Shown here: positions 55,856-64,000 of the stretch, in pieces
Numbering within the stretch: position 1 is the stretch's first letter
Layout: every line of letters starts with the position of its first letter
Origin: an uncultured Gemmatimonadaceae bacterium
Lineage (GTDB): Bacteria > Gemmatimonadota > Gemmatimonadetes > Gemmatimonadales > Gemmatimonadaceae
NCBI GenBank assembly: GCA_963751275.1
Contig: CAVVTZ010000011.1
Span: 359,529-423,528, forward strand
DNA: 64,000 nt
Direction: 5' to 3'
Position numbers and translations under genes: made by a program
The notes under the pieces: model-generated
Database searches by the model: none
What the model was told of the DNA's origin: nothing
What the model saw: only the letters and a program-made list of their open reading frames with translations

Positions 55856-56407
55856 TCACGGCGACAGCACCTCGCGCGGCTCCAGGCGCAGCGCGATGGC
55901 GAGCTCGTCCGCGCGCGGCAGCTCGCCCAGGTGGCGGAGCGCGAATTGCTCCAGGAAGAGCGGCGTCGTGCCGTACAGCAGCGGGCGGCCGAGTCCCTCG
56001 CCGCGCGCGACGACATCGATCAGCCCGCGCTCGAGGAGCGTCTTGAGCATCCCGCCCACCGACACGCCGCGGATCTCCTCGATCTCCAGGCGGCCGAGCG
56101 GCTGGCGGTACGCGATGAGCGCGAGCGTCTCGAGCGCCGCCGCGGAGAGACGGTGCGGCCGCGCCGCGAGCTGCGCGCGCTCGATCGTCTCGGTGTACTC
56201 GGCGCGCGTCAGCACCTGCCATCCGCCGGCGAGCTCGACCAGCTCCACGCCGTGGCCGCCGGTCTCATAGCACTCGCGGATCTCGTCGAGCGCCATCGCA
56301 ATGGCGGCCGGCGACGCCTCGGGATCCAGCAGCGCGAGCTCGTCGGCCGGCACGGGCCGGCCGCTCGCGAACAACGCGGCTTCAAGCAGCCTGGCCAGAG
56401 GCGACAC
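55856..56407 (-). CDS. scpB: Segregation and condensation protein B
   Basis: LLEAALFASGRPV...LVELAGGWQVLTR...LSAAALETLALIAYRQPLGRLEIEEIRGV. GTG start at 56407. Confidence 0.88.
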   Translation of the reverse strand: MSPLARLLEAALFASGRPVPADELALLDPEASPAAIAMALDEIRECYETGGHGVELVELAGGWQVLTRAEYTETIERAQLAARPHRLSAAALETLALIAYRQPLGRLEIEEIRGVSVGGMLKTLLERGLIDVVARGEGLGRPLLYGTTPLFLEQFALRHLGELPRADELAIALRLEPREVLSP

Positions 56408-57123
56408 GCGCGATCTCCACGGAGGCGAAAGGTTGGCGCTGACGGAGAGTGAGATCCCCGCGGCGCGCGAGTTCGAGCAGCGCGAGCAGACCGGACAATA
56501 CCTGCCACGGCTCAGCGCCGTGCGCGACGACGTCGTACCAGCGGAACCGTTCGCGCAACGCGAGCAGCGCCGCGATCGTCGCCATCGCCCCGTCCACATC
56601 GAGCACGCGCGGCACGACGTCGTGCAGATCCGGCTCGCGCGCCATCCGGAGCACCCGGTCCACCGCCGAGAGCAGCTCGGCGAGCGAGAGCGCGAGCGGC
56701 CCCGCCGCGGGCGCCGGGTCCATGGGAAGATAGCCGCGGGAGAAGCGATTGCGCCGTTCTTCGCCGCGCCGTTCGAGCAGGTCCACGACCTCGCGCATCT
56801 GCTGGTACTCGAGCAGCCGGCGCACGAGCTCGGCGCGCGGGTCCTCCCAGTCATCCTCGCCGCCGGGACGTGGCAGCAGCATCTGCACCTTGATGCGCAC
56901 GAGGCGCGCCGCCATCTCGAGGTATTCGGCGGCCTCTCCGAGTCCCAGCGCGTGGATGCGCCGCAGGAACTGCTCGCAGAATGCGCGCGATCGGGATGTC
57001 GGTGATCTCCACCTTCTCATCGCGGATCAGCGTGAGCAGGAGATCGAGGGGACCCGAGAACTCGTCGAGCTCGACGACGAAGGACGGCGGCGCATCGAAC
57101 CCGAAAATGCCGGGCGCCGTCAT
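56382..57123 (-). pseudogene. scpA: Segregation and condensation protein A, one frame shift
   Basis: The N-terminus (FSGPLDLLLTLIRDEKVEITDIPIARI) is in ORF 56851..57627. The rest (EYLEMAARLVRIKVQMLLP...) is in ORF 56382..57020. The switch is near 56985. Confidence 0.85.
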
Positions 57124-57794
57124 GACACGCCCAGGAAGAAGGTGCTCAGATGATCGGCGACGAAGTAGGAAGGCACGAACACCCAATTCATCGCCGATCC
57201 CGTGAAATTGAAGAGCAGGATGAGGATGATGATCCCATAGCGGCCCGCGCGCTCGTACTCGACGGCCAGCTTCGGCGGCAGGAAATGCTTGAGCACGTGC
57301 GAGCCATCGAGCGGCGGGACCGGCAGCAGGTTGAAGACCACGAGCAGCACGTTGATCGATGCCGCCGCCGAGAAGAGCCGTTGCACCGTGTCGAGCACGG
57401 GCGCGTCGAGGCCGGCGCGCCGCCCGAACACGCCGATGCCGATCACGATCGCCGTGGACACGATGGCGATGAAGAGATTCATCGTCACCCCCGCGAGCGA
57501 CACGATGATGTCGCTCCACTTGGGGTGACGGTACCGGCTCGGATCCACCGGGCACGGCTTCGCGCCGCCGAAGGCCGACTGGCCGTGCGACGCGATGAGC
57601 ATCATCCCCGGCAGGATGATCGTCCACCAGAGATCGATGTGCTTGATGGGGTTGAGCGTCAGCCGCCCGGCGTCACGGGCGGTGGGGTCCCCCTGCGAGA
57701 GCGCGGCCCACGCATGGGCGAACTCGTGCGCCGTGAACGAGAAGAGCAGCACCGGCGCGAGCAACAGTATTCCCTTCAGCGTCTCGGAATCCAA
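57120..57794 (-). CDS. Site-2 protease family (M50) zinc metalloprotease
   Basis: FTAHEFAHAWAA carries HExxH, and LLPVPPLDGSHV occurs later. Multi-pass membrane protein. TTG start. Confidence 0.8.
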   Translation of the reverse strand: MDSETLKGILLLAPVLLFSFTAHEFAHAWAALSQGDPTARDAGRLTLNPIKHIDLWWTIILPGMMLIASHGQSAFGGAKPCPVDPSRYRHPKWSDIIVSLAGVTMNLFIAIVSTAIVIGIGVFGRRAGLDAPVLDTVQRLFSAAASINVLLVVFNLLPVPPLDGSHVLKHFLPPKLAVEYERAGRYGIIILILLFNFTGSAMNWVFVPSYFVADHLSTFFLGVS

Positions 57795-57897
57795 ATAGGG
57801 CTCGGCGGTTTCGGGACACGTGCAACGCGTGCCGCAGGCGCGGGCTCACGGGGAAAAGTATGTCCGCGCGCTGCAGGTGTCAAAGCACTGCGGCGCC

Positions 57898-57927
57898 TTG
57901 ACATCGCGCCTCGGCGCCGTGTAGCTT
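57898..57927 (+). promoter_or_regulatory. Putative rpsT promoter
   Basis: TTGACA (57898-57903), 18-nt spacer, TAGCTT (57922-57927), about 40 nt upstream of the rpsT GTG. Hexamer match only. Confidence 0.35.
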
Positions 57928-57967
57928 TCGCGCTCCGTCAGACCTGCATTTCGCTCTGGAGAACGTC

Positions 57968-58201
57968 GTGCCGAGAATCGCATCCGCCAAGAAGAACATG
58001 CGCAAGTCGCGAGCCGCCGAGGTGCGTAATCGCGCCCAGCGCGCGGCGCTGCGCACTGCCGTCAAGAAGGCGAGCACCGCCGGCGCCACGCCGGCCGACA
58101 AGCTGGCCGCCGTGAAGCTGCTCGATCGCGCCGCCCGGAAAGGCCTGATCCACCGCCACGCGGCTGCGCGCCGCAAGAGCCGGCTGGCGAAGGCGAAGTA
58201 G
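57968..58201 (+). CDS. rpsT: 30S ribosomal protein S20
   Basis: 77 aa, PRIASAKKNMRKSRAAEVRNRAQRAALRTAVKK...KGLIHRHAAARRKSRL. Confidence 0.93.
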   Translation: MPRIASAKKNMRKSRAAEVRNRAQRAALRTAVKKASTAGATPADKLAAVKLLDRAARKGLIHRHAAARRKSRLAKAK

Positions 58202-58227
58202 CTCGGCTCGAGGTCACCGCACCATCA

Positions 58228-58264
58228 GAACGGCCCGGATCGCTTAGTGCGAATCCGGGCCGTT
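58228..58264. terminator. Shared stem-loop between convergent rpsT and ccoS
   Basis: gaacggcccggat / atccgggccgtt form a 12-13 bp stem and a 12-nt loop that contains the ccoS stop. On the plus strand it is followed by tggtt, a partial U-tract. Confidence 0.5.
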
Positions 58265-58432
58265 TGGTTCGTCGGGGGGCCGGTCGACGGGAGGTGGATC
58301 GTCGATCAGCGGCCGGTACGCCGGCGTGGAGAGATCATCGAACTGCCCGGTGCGCGCGCCCCACACGAAGGCGAACACGAAGCCCACGACGAGCACGAGG
58401 GCGAGCGGCACGAGCACGTAGAGGACGCTCAC
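58244..58432 (-). CDS. ccoS: cbb3-type cytochrome oxidase assembly protein CcoS/FixS
   Basis: VSVLYVLVPLALVLVVGFVFAFVWGARTGQFDDL is a single TM segment plus the GQFDD motif. GTGA overlap with ccoI. Confidence 0.85.
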   Translation of the reverse strand: MSVLYVLVPLALVLVVGFVFAFVWGARTGQFDDLSTPAYRPLIDDPPPVDRPPDEPNGPDSH

Positions 58433-60870
58433 AATGCGTCCGCGCCGAACGTGCGGCCCCGCCACGCGATCAGGAGCACCGTGAGCGAACTCAGCGGCAT
58501 CAGGATCGCCGCGAGCAGCGGATCCATGCGTCCCGTCATCGCGAGCGCGGCGCCCGCGAGGTTGTAGAGCAGCGAGAATGCGATCGCAATGCGGATCAGC
58601 CGCATCGTGCGGCGCGCGCCGTCCTCGAGCTCGAGCAGCGGCGCGAGACCCTGCCGCGACAGGAAGACGTCGGCGGCGGCGAGACAGGCCTCCGCGCCCC
58701 CGTGCACACCAATGCCGACCGTCGCTGCCGCGATCGCCACGGCATCGTTCACGCCGTCGCCGACCATCACCACCGCACCCGACGCGCGCGCCCGCTCCAC
58801 CGCCGCGCGCTTCTCCTCCGGCGAGGCGCCACCGCGCGCGTCGGCCGCGGGAATGCCGAGCGCGCCCGCCGCCGCGGCCACGACCGCCGGATCATCGCCG
58901 GAGAGGATCGACACCGACCAGCCGCGACGGCGCAGGCGCGCGATGGCCGCGGCCGCGTCCGGCCGCACGGGATCGCCGAACGCGGCGCGGCCGACCACCA
59001 CGCCATCCACCGCGACGAGCACCGGCGTGAGCGCGGCACTCGCCGCGCCCGCGACGCCCGGCGCGTTCTCCGTGCGCGTCGCGATGTACCACGGACTGCC
59101 GGCCGCCACGCGGCGCCCGCCGACCAGGCCCTCGATGCCGCCGCCGATGGTCTCGCGCACGTTGTCCGCGACGAGCCGCGTGTCCCCCCACGCCCGTTGC
59201 AGCGCGAGCGCGATCCCGTGCCGCGAATGCCGTTCGAGCGCGAGCACGAGCGGCCGCACATCATCTGGGCCCGTCCATTCGATCAACTCCATGCGGCCGC
59301 CGGTGAGCGTGCCCGTCTTGTCGAGGATCATTTGCGCGGGGCGCGCGAGCGACTCGAGCGCATCCCCGCCCTTCACGAGGATGCCGCGCCGCGCCGCGCG
59401 CCCGATCGCCACGGTGATCGCCATCGGCGTCGCCAGCGCGAGCGCACACGGGCACGAGACGATCAGCATCGCGATCGCATTATCGAGCGCGCGCGCCGGA
59501 TCGCGGTTCACCCAGTACGCCCACGTGATCGCCGCGAGCGCGAGCACCCCCGCGATGAACGAACCCGCCAACCGGTCCGCGAGGCGCACGATCGGCGCGC
59601 GCCGCCGCGCGCTCTCCGCGACATCGGCGAGCAGCTTGCCGATGCGGCTGGATTCCCCCGTGCCCGTCACCGTGACGCGGATCGGCGCGCCGAGGTTGAC
59701 CGTCCCGGCGAACACCGCTGCGCCCTCGGCCACGGCAATCGGACGCGATTCCCCCGTGAGCAGCGATAGATCGAGCGAGGAACTCCCCGCCACGACCACG
59801 CCGTCGGCGGCGAGCGTGTCACCCGCCCGCACATCCAGCACCGCGCCGGGCAGCACCGCCTCGACCGGCACCTCGCGGATCGCGCCGAGCTGCACGACGC
59901 GCGCCGTCGCCGGCGCGAGCGAGAAGAGCAGCTCCGACGCATTCACCGCCGCGCGCTGCGCGCGCTGCTGCAGGTAACGCCCCACGAGCAGCAGGAAGAT
60001 GAGCGTCGCCACACCGTCGAAGTAGACGGGGCCCGCATCCCGAACGGTGTTGTACGCGCCGCGCAGATAGCCGGCGCCCAGCGCGAGCGCGATCGGCACA
60101 TCCATGTTGAGCGTGCGGCTGCGCAGTGCGCCCATCGCGCTGCGGAAGAAGACGCGTCCAGGGCCGAGGATCGCCGGCGTCGTGAGCAGCAGACTCCACC
60201 AGCGGAAATAACGCAGGAACGCCGGATCCATCCCGCCGAACCAACCGGCATAGATCGCGATCGCGATCATCATCACGTTGCCTGCGATCGCCCCCGCGAT
60301 GCCGATCCGCGTGAGCGACACCCGGTCCTCGGCGCGCCGCAGTGCCTCCGTGCCGGCACCGCGGAAGGGATGCGGCGTGTAACCGATCCGGTCGAGGAAC
60401 CGCGCGATCGCCGAGAGCGTCACGCGCCGCGGATCCCACACCAGGTGCGCGATCGCCCGGCCAATGTCGAGCTCGGCGGCCGCCACGCCGGGGATCGCGA
60501 GCGGGACCTTCTCCACGAGCCACACGCACGACGCGCAGTGGACGCCCGAAAGATAGAGATCGCACTCGACCAGTCCATCCGCGCGCGGTTTCACGTAGAG
60601 CGCGACGAAGGCATCGTGATCGAACTCCTCGAAGCTGCGACCGCTCTCGGCCACCGGTCCGGTGCGCCGCTCCGCGAACCGGTAGTAGTCGTCGAGCCCG
60701 TGCTCGTGGATCAGCGCGAAGGCGAGCCGGCAGCCGCTGCAGCAGAACTGTTCGTGCGCGCCGCGCTCCACGAGGCCCTTCGGCACGGGCAGCCCGCAGT
60801 GCACACAGGCCACCGTGCGCGCCGGCGCAGTGGGCGTGCCGGCACCGCGCTCCCTAACGCCGCTGGCCAT
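58429..60870 (-). CDS. ccoI: Copper-translocating P-type ATPase CcoI/FixI
   Basis: 813 aa and intact, with an N-terminal Cys-rich domain (CVHCGLPV...CCSGCRLAF), CPC (SCPCAL), DKTGTLT and GDGVNDA. Confidence 0.92.
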   Translation of the reverse strand: MASGVRERGAGTPTAPARTVACVHCGLPVPKGLVERGAHEQFCCSGCRLAFALIHEHGLDDYYRFAERRTGPVAESGRSFEEFDHDAFVALYVKPRADGLVECDLYLSGVHCASCVWLVEKVPLAIPGVAAAELDIGRAIAHLVWDPRRVTLSAIARFLDRIGYTPHPFRGAGTEALRRAEDRVSLTRIGIAGAIAGNVMMIAIAIYAGWFGGMDPAFLRYFRWWSLLLTTPAILGPGRVFFRSAMGALRSRTLNMDVPIALALGAGYLRGAYNTVRDAGPVYFDGVATLIFLLLVGRYLQQRAQRAAVNASELLFSLAPATARVVQLGAIREVPVEAVLPGAVLDVRAGDTLAADGVVVAGSSSLDLSLLTGESRPIAVAEGAAVFAGTVNLGAPIRVTVTGTGESSRIGKLLADVAESARRRAPIVRLADRLAGSFIAGVLALAAITWAYWVNRDPARALDNAIAMLIVSCPCALALATPMAITVAIGRAARRGILVKGGDALESLARPAQMILDKTGTLTGGRMELIEWTGPDDVRPLVLALERHSRHGIALALQRAWGDTRLVADNVRETIGGGIEGLVGGRRVAAGSPWYIATRTENAPGVAGAASAALTPVLVAVDGVVVGRAAFGDPVRPDAAAAIARLRRRGWSVSILSGDDPAVVAAAAGALGIPAADARGGASPEEKRAAVERARASGAVVMVGDGVNDAVAIAAATVGIGVHGGAEACLAAADVFLSRQGLAPLLELEDGARRTMRLIRIAIAFSLLYNLAGAALAMTGRMDPLLAAILMPLSSLTVLLIAWRGRTFGADAL

Positions 60871-61573
60871 TGGCGGGCATCTCCATGCAATGCGCGGCAG
60901 TGTCGTGCGCGGGCGCCATCGGCGCGAATTTTCCCGCCACGGTGAGCAACCCGATGACCACGAGCGCCGTGGACGTGATCACCGGCAGGCGCGCGCGCGC
61001 CGGACCGAGCGCGCGCTGGACGCCGAGGCCGAGCGCCGCCATCGCCGGCACCGTGCCGAGCCAGAACGCGCCCATCACCGCGGCACCGCGCCAAGCGGAT
61101 CCCGCGGCGGCCGCGGTCGCGACGAAGGCGTACAGCCATCCGCAGGGGAGGAGCGGCGTGAGCGCGCCGAGCACGAGCCCCCGCTCCACGCCCGATCGCA
61201 CCCGCGCGAAGCGCATCGCGCGGTCGAGCGCGGCGCGCGCGAACGGCGGCGCGGCGAGTTGCGGCACGCGCACCCCCGCGGCGGCGAGCGCCGACGCGAG
61301 TCCCCACACGATCATGAGCGATCCGGCGACGATCGCCGCCGGCCGCGCGACGCCGGCGATCGTGCCCGCGCGGTCGAAGCCCGCGCCCGCGGCGCCCGCG
61401 ATGGCGCCAAGCACCGCATAGGAGAAGAGCCGCGCCCCGTTGTACGCGGCGGTCGCGCGCGCGCCCGCTCCGGCGCCGCCCGACACGAAGCACGCGAGCC
61501 CGCCGCACATGCCCGCGCAATGCGCGCTGCCGAGCAGCGCGGCCACGAATACCAATGCGACGAGCGCGATCAC
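60854..61573 (-). CDS. DsbD_2 / TauE-like multi-pass membrane protein inserted in the cco maturation cluster
   Basis: VIALVALVFVAALLGSAHCAGMCGG...LPCGWLYAFV has Cys motifs in TM helices and about 6 TM segments. GTGA overlap with fixH, and its 3' end overlaps the ccoI start. Confidence 0.6.
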   Translation of the reverse strand: MIALVALVFVAALLGSAHCAGMCGGLACFVSGGAGAGARATAAYNGARLFSYAVLGAIAGAAGAGFDRAGTIAGVARPAAIVAGSLMIVWGLASALAAAGVRVPQLAAPPFARAALDRAMRFARVRSGVERGLVLGALTPLLPCGWLYAFVATAAAAGSAWRGAAVMGAFWLGTVPAMAALGLGVQRALGPARARLPVITSTALVVIGLLTVAGKFAPMAPAHDTAAHCMEMPANGQRR

Positions 61574-62079
61574 CGCGCGGCGATCGGCGTCGCGGCGGCG
61601 GGCCGGGCCGCCGCGTCTCCATGCAGGTCCGCCGTGAAGTGATCGGCGCCGAGCACGGCATCGATGCGGAATTCCCAGAGCCCATCGCGGTCCAACGGCA
61701 GCAGTGCCGCATACCGGCCGTCGCCACGCTCCGCGAGCGACGCGCTCACGTGGCGCTCGCCATCCAGATTGCTGATCGCCACCACCGCCACGCGAGCGCC
61801 CGCCACGGCCCCGCCCTTCGCGTCCGTGCAATGCAGCGAGAATTCCGCGCCCGCCGCCGCGCGCGCGCCGATCTCCGCCGAGGCGCTCCAGCCCAGCCGC
61901 CGGTTCGCGGCCTCCTGCGCGATCACGTCGTCGAAGTCCACCGCCTTCCTGTAGTAGTCGGGCTCCACCGCGAACGTCGGATCGCTCGCGGCGGCATAGA
62001 GCATCACGCCCTGTCCGGCGACGGTCGCGATCAGCAGCGCCGCGACCAGCCACGGCCAGTACCATCCCTTGGTCTTCAT
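61570..62079 (-). CDS. ccoH: FixH/CcoH-family protein
   Basis: MKTKGWYWPWLVAALLIATVAG...DPTFAVEPDYYRKAVDFD is an N-terminal TM segment plus a FixH-like periplasmic domain. ATGA overlap with ccoG. Confidence 0.75.
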   Translation of the reverse strand: MKTKGWYWPWLVAALLIATVAGQGVMLYAAASDPTFAVEPDYYRKAVDFDDVIAQEAANRRLGWSASAEIGARAAAGAEFSLHCTDAKGGAVAGARVAVVAISNLDGERHVSASLAERGDGRYAALLPLDRDGLWEFRIDAVLGADHFTADLHGDAAARPAAATPIAAR

Positions 62080-63500
62080 CGCGGCGCTCCCGGTGCGTGC
62101 TCCGTCGTTTCATCTTCGCTGGGCCCCCTCAGGCTCCACGCGACCTCGTCCTGGAACGCTCCGCCATCGCTGATCCGGAATCGCACGGCGCGCACTCCGT
62201 CGTGAAAGGCCGACGCGGGGAGCACCACGAACAGCATCGTCGTGGCATTCGCGCCCGGCGCCACCGCGAGCGGCAGTTCCGGCGCGATGATCCTCGCGCC
62301 CGGCGCCCCGAGCAACTCCACCGAATACTTGTGCTCCGCCGACGACCGGTTCGCCACCTTCACGCGCACCTGGTTCACCACCGTACCGTCCGGCGATCGC
62401 GTGAACGGCTCGCCGATCGCGCCCAGCAGCGTCACGTCCGCCCGCGGCTTCATGCCGAGTGCGGAGAGGAATCCGCCGAACGCGAGCGCGAAGGCGAGCG
62501 GATACAGCACCGTGCGCGGGCGCAGCATGTGCCGCGCGTGACCCGCGAGCGCCTCGCGCGAGGTGTAGCGAATGAGCCCCAGCGGCTTGCCGACCTTGGC
62601 CATCACCGCGTCGCACGCGTCCGCGCACTGCGTGCAGTGGATGCATTCCATCTGCAGGCCGTCGCGGATGTCGATCCCCGTCGGGCAGGTCACGACGCAC
62701 GCGCCGCAGTCCACGCAGTCGCCACGGCGCCCCGCGAGCGGCAGCGGATCGCGCGGCTTGCTGCGCGGCTCGCCCCGGTTCGGATCGTAGGCCACGATCA
62801 GCGATTGCTTGTCCAGCAGCACCGACTGGATGCGCCCGTACGGGCAGGCGACGAGGCACGTCTGCTCGCGGAAGTACGTGAAGTCGAAGAACACGAGCCC
62901 GGCCGTCACCGCCATCACGAGGAACGGCACGGGATGATCGAAAGGAGACTGCGTGACCCAATGCCGGATCGAGTCGGTGCCGACGAAATACGCCAGGAAG
63001 AGGTTGCCGAGGATCACCGCGAGCACGGCATACACGGCGTACTTGAGCAACCGCCGCGGATGGAGCTTGCCGCGCTCGCGATCGTAGACGCGCGATTGGT
63101 TCCATCCGCCCTCGAGCAGCCGCTCGAGCGGGCGGAAGAGATACTCCATGTACACCGTCTGCGGACACGCCCACCCGCACCAGACGCGGCCGAAGAGCGC
63201 CGTGAGCAGGAAGATCCCGATCATGATGCTCAGTCCGAGCAGCATCAGCAGCAGCGTGTCGGTGGGCAGGAACGTCGTGCCGAAGAACGTGAACTCCCGC
63301 CGCGGGAGGTCGAGCAGCATGAGCGGCTTGCCGTTCAACCGCAGGAACGGGATCGCGACGAACGCGATCATGAGCCCGTACGCCACGATGCGCCGCCGGT
63401 GCCAGAACTTGCCCGTGGACGGCTTCGGCCGGATCCAGCGCCGGCTGCCGTCCGCGTTCAGGGTGGCGAGAACGCGCTCCGTGGCGACGGGAGCGCTCAC
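62076..63500 (-). CDS. ccoG: Cytochrome c oxidase accessory protein CcoG/FixG (4Fe-4S ferredoxin membrane protein)
   Basis: GRVWCGWACPQTVYME, CVDCGACVVTCPTGIDIR and CIHCTQCADACD are present. GTG at 63500 overlaps the ccoP stop. Confidence 0.9.
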   Translation of the reverse strand: MSAPVATERVLATLNADGSRRWIRPKPSTGKFWHRRRIVAYGLMIAFVAIPFLRLNGKPLMLLDLPRREFTFFGTTFLPTDTLLLMLLGLSIMIGIFLLTALFGRVWCGWACPQTVYMEYLFRPLERLLEGGWNQSRVYDRERGKLHPRRLLKYAVYAVLAVILGNLFLAYFVGTDSIRHWVTQSPFDHPVPFLVMAVTAGLVFFDFTYFREQTCLVACPYGRIQSVLLDKQSLIVAYDPNRGEPRSKPRDPLPLAGRRGDCVDCGACVVTCPTGIDIRDGLQMECIHCTQCADACDAVMAKVGKPLGLIRYTSREALAGHARHMLRPRTVLYPLAFALAFGGFLSALGMKPRADVTLLGAIGEPFTRSPDGTVVNQVRVKVANRSSAEHKYSVELLGAPGARIIAPELPLAVAPGANATTMLFVVLPASAFHDGVRAVRFRISDGGAFQDEVAWSLRGPSEDETTEHAPGAPR

Positions 63501-64000
63501 GGCGAGGCGGGCGCCGCGACCGGCGTGCCCTGCGGCGCCTTCGGGTTCGGCGGATGCGTGCCGTGCAGCGAGACCACGTACGCGGTGAGGGCGTTGATGT
63601 CCTCCGGGTGGAGCAGCTTCCCCCACTGCGGCATGCCCATTGCGAGCACGCCCTGATTGATCGTGTTGTGGATCTCCACGGGCGTGCCGCCGTGGATCCA
63701 GTAGTCATCGGTGAGATTCGGTCCGATGAGCCCGCCGGCATCGGGCCGGTGGCAGCTCACGCAGTTCGTCGCGAAGAGCGTCTTCCCCTTCGCGACCTCG
63801 GCCGGATCCTTTATGATCGCCGCCATCGCCTCCGGCGACACCGTCATCGTGGAGAGATCGGGATGCGCGGCGTTGAACGCCGCCATCTCCTCCGCATACA
63901 TCTTCTGCGGATTCGCGCCGGCGCCCAGGTTGCCGGGCGCGAGATAGTAGACGGGAACGAAGAGGATCGTCGCCCAGAAGAGCAGGACCCACCAGCGCGG
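63497..64000 (-). CDS. ccoP: cbb3-type cytochrome c oxidase subunit III (CcoP), 5'-truncated by the window edge
   Basis: Haem-c motif CVSCH. My own translation upstream of the listed Met continues in frame to the window end (PRWWVLLFWATILFVPVYYLAPGNLG...), which is the CcoP N-terminal TM region. Confidence 0.8.
   Translation of the reverse strand, partial: PRWWVLLFWATILFVPVYYLAPGNLGAGANPQKMYAEEMAAFNAAHPDLSTMTVSPEAMAAIIKDPAEVAKGKTLFATNCVSCHRPDAGGLIGPNLTDDYWIHGGTPVEIHNTINQGVLAMGMPQWGKLLHPEDINALTAYVVSLHGTHPPNPKAPQGTPVAAPASP

Overview
High-GC (roughly 70%) bacterial chromosomal segment. It is coded almost entirely on the minus strand and packed very tightly, with many ATGA/GTGA/TTGA 4-nt stop-start overlaps. 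Gene content and GC would fit a Gemmatimonadota-like organism, but I cannot confirm that.

Content is overwhelmingly housekeeping:
- ribF'-truB-rbfA-infB-ylxQ-nusA-rimP
- murA-pgeF
- a small plus-strand P-II-like / DUF948-like / Zn-phospholipase-C-like trio
- orphan histidine kinase-pcrA-gatCAB, and serS
- a Roadblock + receiver pair with sugar-nucleotide genes
- a ~12-kb translationally coupled heme operon (hemH, hemA-C-D-B-L, HK-RR, hemE-N-Y)
- a lytic transglycosylase, and groESL with a CIRCE operator
- UbiA-coaX-birA-uppP-UbiA-bshA-miaA-mutL
- a MoxR/DUF58/DUF4381/BatA-E aerotolerance operon
- a large uncharacterised Rossmann protein
- rluB-scpB-scpA-M50 protease, and rpsT
- the cbb3 oxidase maturation cluster (ccoP'-ccoG-fixH-DsbD_2-like-ccoI-ccoS)

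I found no rRNA, tRNA, CRISPR, IS/prophage or recognisable defence genes.

Points worth a second look:
1. Two copies of a ~153-170 bp nested-palindrome intergenic element (REP/MITE-like).
2. A very uneven load of frame disruptions: about 45-50 between 14.1 and 57 kb and none in 0-14 kb. It is heaviest in pcrA/uvrD and mutL but also hits essential genes, and motifs stay intact. I read most of this as assembly indel error rather than real decay.
3. A two-component system translationally coupled into the middle of the heme operon.
4. Several smaller structural oddities in intergenic regions.

I did not find convincing evidence for a wholly new multi-gene system. The candidates above are the best leads.
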